Notes: a model not told the origin generated them from the sequence alone. Positions 54,298 to 62,978 are shown, counted from the whole stretch's first letter. The stretch is DNA of 63,130 nucleotides, filler included, from 14 parts of 14 records of this genome joined end to end with filler, not necessarily neighbours in it, one strand, 5' to 3'. Made by a program: numbers and translations.

Positions 54298-56328
54298 TTA
54301 GGCCGTGACTTCGAAGCGAGCCCTTCCACCTTGCATCTCGTACCAGCGCCTCTCTGAGCCGTCGTCAACCAGCTGTGCAGCCTTGTGCCCCACCTCGTCG
54401 ACCTTGACCACAACAGATTGTACCTGATTCGACATGGGCAACCCAATGCGAGCACGACCGTGCAGGTGAGATCTAGCATCTACAATCAAGACGTAGCTGC
54501 CTCGACTGGCGCTCAATCGCCACTCGGCGTGCACCTTGCCTCCTCCGAGGTCGAGGCTCCCATTGCACCATTGCAGCCCAGAAAACTGCGGGGAGACAAT
54601 ATACGATCCGGCTGCTATCGAGTCTGGCCTCAGCCCAAGAACATGGAAAGTGAGAGCAGCAGCAGGGCCAGTGGCCCAACCATGTGCGTGGCTCATGTAG
54701 ATGCCTTGGAATGCGTACTGGCCATTGGCTTGAAAACCTTCCCAGAATGTGCTCTGAGTCGAGTTCTTGCAGCCCAGCATGTAGCCCCATTGGCGCCGGA
54801 TCAGTTCCACAGCCAGCTCGGCCTTGCCTGAGGCTGCCAGCCCAAGCACTTCCATGCTCCCTGGGAAAGTCCCAATTGCAGCCTGGCCATTGTATACCCA
54901 CTCAGGCGAGACTGCCCCAAGATCGGTGAAGTGGCTCTGGAGGTAGTCCGAAATGCGGTCAGCTCTGCTGCGGTTTGTAAGGTTGAACCAGAGAACAAGC
55001 GAGTTGCCATCCTGAGGCTGCAGTCCGTGATTGGTCGGATTATCATTAAACGCACCAACCCTCTCGTTCCAGAGCAGCTGGTTAATTGCTGTCCTGATCT
55101 TGCCGGAGGCCGCAGCGCTAGTGGCAGCCCATGCAGTGTCGTTCAAGCAGCCAGCCATCCGTGCCGACTCCTGGCAGACACGAGCGAGTAAGGCATTCGC
55201 CGCGATGTTGTATCCGCCCTGACCACCGCGCTGCCAATCAGCTGGCCTGTCTACGTTCATCAATCCAGTTGGTCCTACTTTGTTGAGTGACGCCTGCACA
55301 GCCATCTTGTACTTGGTCCAAATCCCTTTCAACCACGGATCGCCCGCCTGCAAGAATCTGTGGACATTAGCAGTTCCGATTAGGGCCCATAAGTGATAGG
55401 TGTCGCTATTGAAGCTGTTGGTCTCGCACTTCTGGCCCCAGGGCTTCTGGCAAAACACCTCTGGCCCGACATATGGCAGCTGTCCATCAGGCGATTGCAG
55501 GGCGTACAGCGTATCCAATGAGTTCTGTGAAGACTCGACGTCTCCCAATGTAGCGAATGCAACCGCAGAGCTCACGCCCATGTCGCCTGGCCATACTGTG
55601 CGATCCCGCTTGGCCCCATCTACCAGCAGGCTCTTGCCAGACCCGATTAGCACACCGTTGTTCCAGCCTGTTGCGGGAGCGGGCCACTGTCTCCCGTGAT
55701 TTGGGTCGATCGAGCACATCTGAACGGTGTACGCACAGCCATACCAAATCCGATTCAGCAGCTCGTCGGAGGAGTAGAAGTGGTTCTTGTAGTCGGCCGG
55801 GCTTTCCATCGTGGGCGAGGCGGTGAAGTGCACAGAGACATCGTCGATGGTGACGACCCCACCAGCTGCTTCAAGGAACAGGTTGAGATAACGGAACCCG
55901 CCTCTCATGTGAGCCACCGATGGCGTATAGCTCGAATTCGGGGATAGCGTCCCTGTCGAGAGCGTGCCGTCTGGCCCACTCCCACCGTTGCTGTGATCGC
56001 CCGCCTGCTCCTGCCCCAGTGGACTGGTGGCATAGTTGGTGCTCTCCGAGTAGGCTAGACCTACAGAGCCATTAGCGATGCTGCCGATCCTAATGCTAGT
56101 GAACCCTCCAATCTCCTGGCCGAAGTCGAGCACCACAAACGCCGAGCGGCCTCGCAGAGTCAGCGGAAACAGCGACGGCCCGGCCGAGAATGCAGCTCCC
56201 GCGTGTGTGTGCACGGCGACCGGGGCGATCGTGCGGTTGCGGGGCGAGAAGTTGTACTTGTCCCACGGCGCGCTCCGCACAGGGCCGACGAGAAGCCCGA
56301 GCAGCGCAACCAGCGTCCACCCCCTCAT
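54298..56328 (-). CDS. Secreted GH78 alpha-L-rhamnosidase-like glycosidase, intronless
   Basis: LDFGQEIGG, GGFRY, SSDELLNRIWYGCAYT, VDGAKRDRTVWPGD, STFWEG, SHAHGWATGP; signal peptide. Confidence 0.92.
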   Translation of the reverse strand: MRGWTLVALLGLLVGPVRSAPWDKYNFSPRNRTIAPVAVHTHAGAAFSAGPSLFPLTLRGRSAFVVLDFGQEIGGFTSIRIGSIANGSVGLAYSESTNYATSPLGQEQAGDHSNGGSGPDGTLSTGTLSPNSSYTPSVAHMRGGFRYLNLFLEAAGGVVTIDDVSVHFTASPTMESPADYKNHFYSSDELLNRIWYGCAYTVQMCSIDPNHGRQWPAPATGWNNGVLIGSGKSLLVDGAKRDRTVWPGDMGVSSAVAFATLGDVESSQNSLDTLYALQSPDGQLPYVGPEVFCQKPWGQKCETNSFNSDTYHLWALIGTANVHRFLQAGDPWLKGIWTKYKMAVQASLNKVGPTGLMNVDRPADWQRGGQGGYNIAANALLARVCQESARMAGCLNDTAWAATSAAASGKIRTAINQLLWNERVGAFNDNPTNHGLQPQDGNSLVLWFNLTNRSRADRISDYLQSHFTDLGAVSPEWVYNGQAAIGTFPGSMEVLGLAASGKAELAVELIRRQWGYMLGCKNSTQSTFWEGFQANGQYAFQGIYMSHAHGWATGPAAALTFHVLGLRPDSIAAGSYIVSPQFSGLQWCNGSLDLGGGKVHAEWRLSASRGSYVLIVDARSHLHGRARIGLPMSNQVQSVVVKVDEVGHKAAQLVDDGSERRWYEMQGGRARFEVTA

Positions 56329-56580
56329 GCCCGGTGAGCTGTGTACATGTCGTGCCGTTATAAAAGACGCCTGATATCACCACTGAAATGCACTGTTGGG
56401 AGCGGACCTGTTTACTGTAGCTAATGTTCATGAATTGTCTAATGGCTTGGTGAACAAATGTTACAATCCTGTATTGACAANNNNNNNNNNNNNNNNNNNN
56501 NNNNNNNNNNNNNNNNNNNNNNNNTTAATTAATTAANNNNNNNNNNNNNNNNNNNNNNNNNNNNNNNNNNNNNNNNNNNN

Positions 56581-57068
56581 CGGGGACAGCCGGCGGCAGG
56601 AGGAGCCCGAGGAGATCGAGGGGAGCAAAGGAACCTGCCACTTCCAGCTCAGGGCGCCCCTTGGGACGGGTCTGGCTCACCCGTCGGGCAGTGGGAAGGG
56701 GCGAAGAAGTCGGCCACCCTGAGCTTCGTGCCACACAAGATGCTCGCCAGCCAGTACACAGCGTGCCCCGCCAGACTGACAGGACGGGCCGAGCTGGGGG
56801 GCAGCGAGGACAGCGGTAGCTGGCGGCCGATCGTGGCCTGGGACTGCAGGGGGCTCGAGCCAGTAAATTGGCATCCGCAGGGCAACTTCACTGCGGAGGG
56901 TGGCGATGGCAAGGAATTTGAGGATATTGGTGCGGGTGCAGCGAGGCCAGGGTGGAATGGGTGGCAGATCTGTCGGAGAAGGAGTGGTATGACTATGATG
57001 ACGAGGCCGATGTGCCAGTGAGCATCGTGGACCTCGAGTGGAAGTTTGAGGCATTGCCAGACAAGTAG
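56581..57068 (+). CDS. CZIB: CXXC-motif zinc-binding protein family (UPF0587/C1orf123), 5'-truncated
   Basis: Spliced: EIEGSKGTCHFQLR|WEGAKKSATL...YTA|EDSGSWRPIVAWDCRGLEPVNWHP...FEDI|DLSEKEWYDYDDEADVPVSI. Intron 56654-56691 is GC-AG. Confidence 0.85.
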
Positions 57069-57280
57069 CGGTGCCGTGGCTGGCATAGGGAGGGTCGGAG
57101 CATTCCCCTTAGGTTTTAAGCTCTGATGGCTCGCAATCGTATTTTTGATAAATTGTTGGTGGAAAAAGAACCGAGTCGTACTTAATTTCTATAGTGATTC
57201 ACACGATTAGTTCGATAGGACTGCGCACCACAGCGCCAAAAGCCCTTCACGTCGGCCAGTGCTCGGGCGCCGATTCGGGC

Positions 57281-57793
57281 TCATTCTATTTTGGCGATTC
57301 GCTCCAGCCGGTCGATGTGCGCCTGCTGCTCCACCTGCTTGAGCACGTAGGCGTACTCCGGCTTGATCGCCTCCTGCGCGAACACTGCCACCCCCACGTC
57401 GTAGTCATAACTGGCGTGGCAGATCAGGCAGCCCAGCTCCACCCCGTCCGAGCTGAGCATCGTCACTACCCGGCCTGGCCCGTCCGACCGGAAGCTCACG
57501 TCGGCCATGTCCTCGATTGATGTGGCCTTCTCGTCCAGCTTGAACGTGTGCGGCGGGGTGTACAGCGTGGCTGGGCAGATCAGCCAGCCGGACGCGTTCT
57601 TGCCGCTGCCGGGTGGCCAAAAGTACTGCCCGGGCAACGGCAGGGCCTGGCAGAGAATGTTCTCGTAGTCGTGCTTGCAGTGAATGGTCGAGCCCATCCC
57701 GCGCTGCGACGGCAGCTTGGCCTTCTGCGCAAGCAGCTCATTCCGCTCCTTCAACCGCGCGGCGTCCTCCTGCTCCTTGGTCTTGGGTGGCAT
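57281..57793 (-). CDS. Hypothetical protein (170 aa)
   Basis: Clean ATG-to-TGA frame with GC3-biased codons, starting MPPK. CCGTTG motif about 50 bp upstream. Confidence 0.7.
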   Translation of the reverse strand: MPPKTKEQEDAARLKERNELLAQKAKLPSQRGMGSTIHCKHDYENILCQALPLPGQYFWPPGSGKNASGWLICPATLYTPPHTFKLDEKATSIEDMADVSFRSDGPGRVVTMLSSDGVELGCLICHASYDYDVGVAVFAQEAIKPEYAYVLKQVEQQAHIDRLERIAKIE

Positions 57794-57987
57794 CGATCAA
57801 CTCCTCTCCGCTGCGTGAGCCACCACCGATTAACTCCTCGCGTCCGTTGCAAGTCTCGCTCTGACGGAGGGGTGAGTCAATAAACGAATAAAAGCTCGAT
57901 CATCACGCTATCGGGCCGCAACATGCCGCCCGGGTAGTCTGGATCGGATCGCGTTATCATCAACGCGCTCTGTTACCCGAGTCACGC

Positions 57988-58854
57988 TTACAGTCTGCTA
58001 ATTTTACTCCTGGGATTTTGCGAGCGTTGCACTATCTTCATCCCGTCCGACCACCAACCGGCCAGCAAATAACCTGGCTCGACGGACTCGAGCGCATAGG
58101 CACGGCCGGCCAGACCGGTGTCCAGGCTGGCGAGCACGAGCCGGTGCTCCCACACGCCGGCCTCATCCATCACGATTCCGTCGGGGGCTATCACCCGAGA
58201 GCCGCCATGGCTGCCAGCTGCACGGTCGGCCCTGTCACCGGACACGTTGGCATGGCAAACGAAAACACGATTCTCAACCGCCCGGGCCACCATCTGGGCT
58301 CGGTAAGGCCCAACCTGGTCGAGCGGCACCGGCTGGTCGTTGTGCCACGTCTCCCAGCTCATGCAGAAGAGCACAGTCGCCCCGAGCAGCGCCGGCAGGC
58401 GAGCCAGCTCCGGGTGCCGGCTGTCGTGGCAAATCAGCACCGCACACCGCAGCCCCGCCAGCTCAAACACCTCCACGGCCCGCCCGGGCGCGGCCCAGTC
58501 ATCGGTGGGCACCAGCTGCAGCTTGCTCTGCCGCCCGAGCAGCTCGCCTGCCTCGCTGATCACGACAGCCGCGTTCTCGGGCGGCCCCTCCGGCATCGGC
58601 AGCGCGGTCCCCACGATGGCGCCCACCTTGCACTTCCGGCAGCAGTCGGCGATGGCCTGGATCGCTCCAGGCACCCGCGGAAGGCTGTTCGCCACCGCCT
58701 GGGTCGAGTACCCGCTGAGCGCCGCCTCAGGGAAGCAGACCACCCGAGCCCCGGCCTGGCCAGCCTGCTGGATGCCCGCTAGGATCCGGGCCAGGTTGTG
58801 CTCCAGCTCGCCGCCCACCGCCATCTGGCAGGCCGCCACCACCCGGACCACCAT
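57988..58854 (-). CDS. Carbon-nitrogen hydrolase (nitrilase superfamily) with PTS1 (-SRL), intronless
   Basis: E-K-C triad in VCFPEAALSGY, QSKLQL and ICHDSRHPE; also ARAVENRVFV and GGSRVIAPDG. Ends SKISRL*. Confidence 0.92.
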   Translation of the reverse strand: MVVRVVAACQMAVGGELEHNLARILAGIQQAGQAGARVVCFPEAALSGYSTQAVANSLPRVPGAIQAIADCCRKCKVGAIVGTALPMPEGPPENAAVVISEAGELLGRQSKLQLVPTDDWAAPGRAVEVFELAGLRCAVLICHDSRHPELARLPALLGATVLFCMSWETWHNDQPVPLDQVGPYRAQMVARAVENRVFVCHANVSGDRADRAAGSHGGSRVIAPDGIVMDEAGVWEHRLVLASLDTGLAGRAYALESVEPGYLLAGWWSDGMKIVQRSQNPRSKISRL

Positions 58855-58907
58855 GCTGTGACCCTCCCGCGGACGGCCAACCCCGCCGGATCGCTGTCTG
58901 GCTGTAG

Positions 58908-59582
58908 GTGCTGGAGGAGGCGGTACAGCGGCTGTGCGAGCAGGTGCCCGGATGCTCGGCCCAGCGGGCGGCTGCTGCCCTCGCCCGGGCTCAGGGGCAC
59001 GCCGGCCGGGCCCGCCGTCAGCTCCGGGCCGTGGCCGGGCCGAGCCTGGACGCGGCGGCGGCTGGTGGGGCGGTGGGGGTTGGTCTGGTCGGCTGGGCCG
59101 AGGAGCCCGTCGAGCGCGCGGCCTTCCGGGGCGAGGTCGAGCGGCTGGCAACGCGGCTGGACCAGTGCCGGGTGCCCGTGGCAATGGCCCAACCGGGGCT
59201 AGTGGGGGCGGTTCGGGAACTCCGGCTGGGTTTTGGGCAGCGTGCGGGGCTCGTGCTAGTGGTGTACGCCGGGCACAGCACAGCCAGCCCCGGCTGGATT
59301 CTCGGATCGGGCGAGCGGCAGCTGTCCATGCTCCTGCTCAGCCGGCTCTGGCGGGAGAGCGGGAGCGCGGGCCGGCTGGTTGTCTTGCTCGATTGCTGCC
59401 ACTCGGCCAAATGGGAGAGCGAGCTGGCGAGTGAGGCGGTCCAGGTGGTCCGGTGCAACCTGGGCGACCCGCGCCAGGTGGGCCGGGCGGTTGGGTTGCT
59501 GTTGCACCAGCACGGACTGGCCTCGACCGCAGAGCTGCACCAGCTCTTGCAGCAGCCGGCTCAAAGCAGCTATCCCAGTTAA
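58908..59582 (+). CDS. CUE/UBA-like domain fused to a caspase-like (clan CD) domain; start codon unresolved
   Basis: N-terminus LEEAVQRLCEQVPGCSAQRAAAALARAQGHAGRA. YAGHS and LLDCCHSAKW provide His and Cys dyad motifs. Confidence 0.6.
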   Translation: MLEEAVQRLCEQVPGCSAQRAAAALARAQGHAGRARRQLRAVAGPSLDAAAAGGAVGVGLVGWAEEPVERAAFRGEVERLATRLDQCRVPVAMAQPGLVGAVRELRLGFGQRAGLVLVVYAGHSTASPGWILGSGERQLSMLLLSRLWRESGSAGRLVVLLDCCHSAKWESELASEAVQVVRCNLGDPRQVGRAVGLLLHQHGLASTAELHQLLQQPAQSSYPS

Positions 59583-60130
59583 TGCATCTAAGCTCCGCGG
59601 TTCGGAAGTGCGGTACTGGGATAGCTGTGTAGTCCAGCACTCGAAGACTGTGTGAATACATGTGCGAGTAGTAAATGGTACAAGTGCACGCCGGTGGGTA
59701 CGAGTATTTAGTGGGTGTCCTAGCGAGACGACAGGAGACGAACAACACTCGACTTCTCATGCTCACGCAACGAGTTGATAGGTGAGCTATATAAAGACAC
59801 TAAAACTTATACGCCGCCTAAGGATTAAGCTGTCACGGGCCACATGTTTATTTTGACAATTAAGAGGAAGGTGGATCCCCCTCCCTTGCATGACCGGGCG
59901 AATAAATTACATTGGTGAGCAGTGATTTCACTGGCATGCGGGCTTGTTCAGCCCGTCAGCGCGGGACCGCTTACCGGCGGCTGGAGCGCTTTCCCTTGGT
60001 CGGGGCCTCGAAGTCGTCATCGGAGGACAGNNNNNNNNNNNNNNNNNNNNNNNNNNNNNNNNNNNNNNNNNNNNTTAATTAATTAANNNNNNNNNNNNNN
60101 NNNNNNNNNNNNNNNNNNNNNNNNNNNNNN

Positions 60131-60181
60131 CTCCTTGCACCGGCTGCGCACCCGGCCGTGCGGGCAAGGAGGCGATGGCAT
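60131..60181 (-). CDS. N-terminal fragment of a CxHGRxRxxCKEC zinc-finger-repeat protein
   Basis: ATG 60181 reads MPSPPCPHGRVRSRCKE and is then cut by the contig end. Confidence 0.55.
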
Positions 60182-60342
60182 CTCCGCGTGCCCCTTTGCA
60201 AGTCGGCGAGTCGTTGCTTCGGACTGCACTAGCCGGCTGTGGACAGGGCGCGGCGGGAATCGGGCTGTCAGCTGCCTGTGTCGGCTCGCCGTAGGTGGCC
60301 GAATCTAGTGGGCCCGCGGCCGTGAGGCTCTGCTCGCCAGGC

Positions 60343-61137
60343 ATGTCCGGCCAGATGGGCCCGGTGGTCTGCATGGCGGCGTGCGCCTGCTGCTTGCTGG
60401 TGGCCTGGCTGGTCTACTTAATCTGGTCTATTGTGGCCGTCTGCAACGCCGCGCCGGACTACAGGGCCACCGACCCCGCGTGCCCCGGGCACGCGCAGGT
60501 CTTTTGGCTGATGAGTATCATGCTCATCTCATCCGCGGTACCGGGGAGCCAACGGGGGGGGGGGGCGAGCTGCGGACAGGTGCAGCTGTGCGTGGCGCCG
60601 TGCCTGCAGCCGAACGACCCTAGGGCGATTCAGCAAAACCCGCAGCTGATGTGCCACGCGTGCTCAGGCTGCGGCTCAGGAGGGGGCAGGGTTGACCACC
60701 TGCAAAGCCCCAGAGGAATTGCCGGGCTGGTTCTGGGGGTGGCTGCAGTAGGCGTCATGCTGTACATCACGATACAAGGGATCGCCACCATCCAGGGCAC
60801 CAGCTACGAGTGTGAGAAGTCTATTCGCAACGACCACAGCGATTTATGGGTTCTCTTCCTGATCACTGTCGTGCTTTCGGGGATTGGCAGTGTCATCCTC
60901 GGATGCGTGCTTCTATGCCTGGCGATAGGACTCGCGACCGGTGCGCTGCACCCGCCGGACTCGGGCTATGACGGCGCGTATGGTCCGACCTTCACCAGCT
61001 CGCCGGCCTATGCCCAGCCCCCCAGCCTGCAGGCTGCGCTTCTACCGGACGACGCGAAGGTAGACAAGACTGTAGATGCCAACCCGACGGCCGAACCGGA
61101 GCCCAGTGTGGCCGATGGGCACTCGACCGTGGGGTGA
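60343..61137 (+). CDS. Four-transmembrane protein with two probable in-frame introns
   Basis: Four hydrophobic helices with Cys in the loops. G-rich GT-AG inserts of 42 and 54 nt interrupt helices 2-3. Confidence 0.7.
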   Translation: MSGQMGPVVCMAACACCLLVAWLVYLIWSIVAVCNAAPDYRATDPACPGHAQVFWLMSIMLISSAVPGSQRGGGASCGQVQLCVAPCLQPNDPRAIQQNPQLMCHACSGCGSGGGRVDHLQSPRGIAGLVLGVAAVGVMLYITIQGIATIQGTSYECEKSIRNDHSDLWVLFLITVVLSGIGSVILGCVLLCLAIGLATGALHPPDSGYDGAYGPTFTSSPAYAQPPSLQAALLPDDAKVDKTVDANPTAEPEPSVADGHSTVG

Positions 61138-61181
61138 TGAGGCCGGCATCTATACGACGAGGGTTGAACGATTTGAAAGAG

Positions 61182-61672
61182 CTATGGATATATGACTAAA
61201 CTAGGATACATTACTAGGCTTTTTGAGGGGAGGCCCAGGCTGCTGGTATACTGCGGGCACTGTCCCGCCCAGGAGCCGTGTATACTATCCCGCAGCGCTT
61301 CCAGCTTGCGCCGCACGGCCTCCTCCCGCCCCTCCGAGGCCGCGAGCTCGGCTTCCAGGGTGGCCACCCTGCTCTCTAGCGCGCCTACCCGCCCGTCCTC
61401 GGCCGGCTGGCCCTCGCGCCCCTCGAGCTCGCTCACCCTGCCAAACCCCACGTCAGCCATGCCGGCACCGGCTGGGCGCACCGGGCTTGGAGCTCGCCCA
61501 TCTTGGTCAGCAGCCCGGCCACCATCGCCTCTTTGGCCTGGCCGGCCTGCACGGCGTCGGCCAGGCGCTCCTCCAGGGCTTGGACGAGCTCACGCATCGG
61601 CATTGGTCCCCGTTTCCCCGGGGATCTCGATCGACCCGGCGACGGGAACCGCCGTCGAGCGCGAGGGTACAT
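61182..61672 (-). CDS. Small coiled-coil protein, one intron
   Basis: MYPRARRRFPSPGRSRSP...ELQAR|VSELEGREG...ALESRVATLEAEL. Confidence 0.6.
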
Positions 61673-61721
61673 GCCGGTCAGCTGCCTGTTGCTCGAGCGA
61701 CCGGCCACGGTAAGGTCAAGT

Positions 61722-61738
61722 CAACGGTTTTCTAACGG
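61722..61738. promoter_or_regulatory. Two YAACGG motifs in a 76-bp bidirectional promoter
   Basis: caacggttttctaacgg, between ATG 61672(-) and ATG 61749(+). Confidence 0.6.
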
Positions 61739-61748
61739 TCGTAGATCT

Positions 61749-62978
61749 ATGCCTGGGGCGATGAGCTGCAGCGCGGTGCTGTGGCTCGCGCTCGCCGGGG
61801 CGGCGCCGAGCCCCCCCGCCTGGGCGCCGCACCAGCTGCCATCGATCGATGCGTCGGGCATCCCGGGCTACTTGCCAGTCTTCCAAGCCGGCGAATGCGA
61901 CCGGGCTTGGGAGGGGCCAACGGGCCGGGTAGACACCAACAAGTCCTGCTTCACTTGCTTCCGGATCCCGGCCCTACTCCGGCACCCGGGTACCGGCACG
62001 CTTTACGCGCTCGGGGAGGCCCGGCGCGGGTGCGAGGACATACCGGACACGAGGATTGCGTTCAAACAGTCTATGGACGCCGGGCGGAGCTGGAGCCAGC
62101 TGAGGATCCTGGCCGAGCCGCCGGGGCTAGCCGATGGCGTGTGCCGGAACCAGCCTGTGCCTGTGGTGGACAACAGCACCGGCCGGGTGTTCGTGGGGTT
62201 CAACTATGACTGCAGGGAGGGCGGGGCCAATCGGCCAATGCTCATTTTCTCCGACGATGACGGTGCGCACTGGTCCGCGCCGGAGGAGTTCAAGTCAGCG
62301 GCGGGAGGGCCGTTCCCACAGGTGAACATCGGGCTTGGCCAAGGGCTTTGGCTTGCAAATGGGTCTGCGGGCCGGCTGCTGCTGCCTGCAGAGACTTATG
62401 GCCCGATCTACTCTGATGACCATGGTGCTACCTGGAGTGTGGCACCCCGCATACCCGCCGGGGACGGGCATCCCGCCGGGGCGGGTGAAAACTCGATCGC
62501 GCGCTGTTCGCCCGGCGCGTGCAGCGGCCGGCGGTATGCGATGACGCTCCGAGGCGTGGGGAAAGGCAAGACTGCTGCTGTTTATATTACTTTCTCCGAT
62601 GACGCTCTGAACTGGGACCCTCCTAGTCAGTTGCATTGCCTGGACCGGTACAGCACCTATCCGCAGCGGAGCGGGCTGATTGGGGTGCCTGGAGGGCTGC
62701 TCTTGACGCACGGAGGTGGGACGGGTGAGTTGACTGGCAAAGGCGACAGCGGTGGCATGGACCTGTTTGCTTCGGTGGATGGCCGGACCTGGAAGCTGTT
62801 GCGGAGGCTGTGGCCACAGGGGCTGCGCGGAGGCTATTCGACGATCACCCCCATCGAGGTCGATGCACAGGGTGCAGCTACCAGCTATGGAATTCTCATG
62901 GAATTTGGCGGCTTGTTGAGCCCTTGGAGCCAGCTCGCGTTCCAGAATTTCACATTCTCTCCGACCGATCTGAGTTGA
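61749..62978 (+). CDS. Secreted sialidase (GH33)-like protein, intronless
   Basis: CFRIPALL (RIP motif), GEARR, Asp boxes SMDAGRSW, SDDDGAHW, SDDHGATW, SVDGRTW; GGYST near the C-terminus; signal-like N-terminus. Confidence 0.9.
   Translation: MPGAMSCSAVLWLALAGAAPSPPAWAPHQLPSIDASGIPGYLPVFQAGECDRAWEGPTGRVDTNKSCFTCFRIPALLRHPGTGTLYALGEARRGCEDIPDTRIAFKQSMDAGRSWSQLRILAEPPGLADGVCRNQPVPVVDNSTGRVFVGFNYDCREGGANRPMLIFSDDDGAHWSAPEEFKSAAGGPFPQVNIGLGQGLWLANGSAGRLLLPAETYGPIYSDDHGATWSVAPRIPAGDGHPAGAGENSIARCSPGACSGRRYAMTLRGVGKGKTAAVYITFSDDALNWDPPSQLHCLDRYSTYPQRSGLIGVPGGLLLTHGGGTGELTGKGDSGGMDLFASVDGRTWKLLRRLWPQGLRGGYSTITPIEVDAQGAATSYGILMEFGGLLSPWSQLAFQNFTFSPTDLS

Noticed and set aside
21743-57000. Introner-type transposable introns
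   Set aside because: The introns are similar in length, but I see no shared internal sequence or terminal inverted repeats among them. A genome-wide all-vs-all comparison would be needed to exclude this fully.
7168-60130. Regularly recurring TTAATTAATTAA flanked by Ns, as a repeat, CRISPR array or mobile element
   Set aside because: These are identical 100-nt artificial linkers with stops in all six frames. Gene neighbourhoods across them carry no meaning.
11016-62978. Bacterial contamination or a polysaccharide-utilisation locus
   Set aside because: The CAZymes lie on separate contigs with no operon structure, several are adjacent to spliced eukaryotic genes, and they share the host promoter motif.
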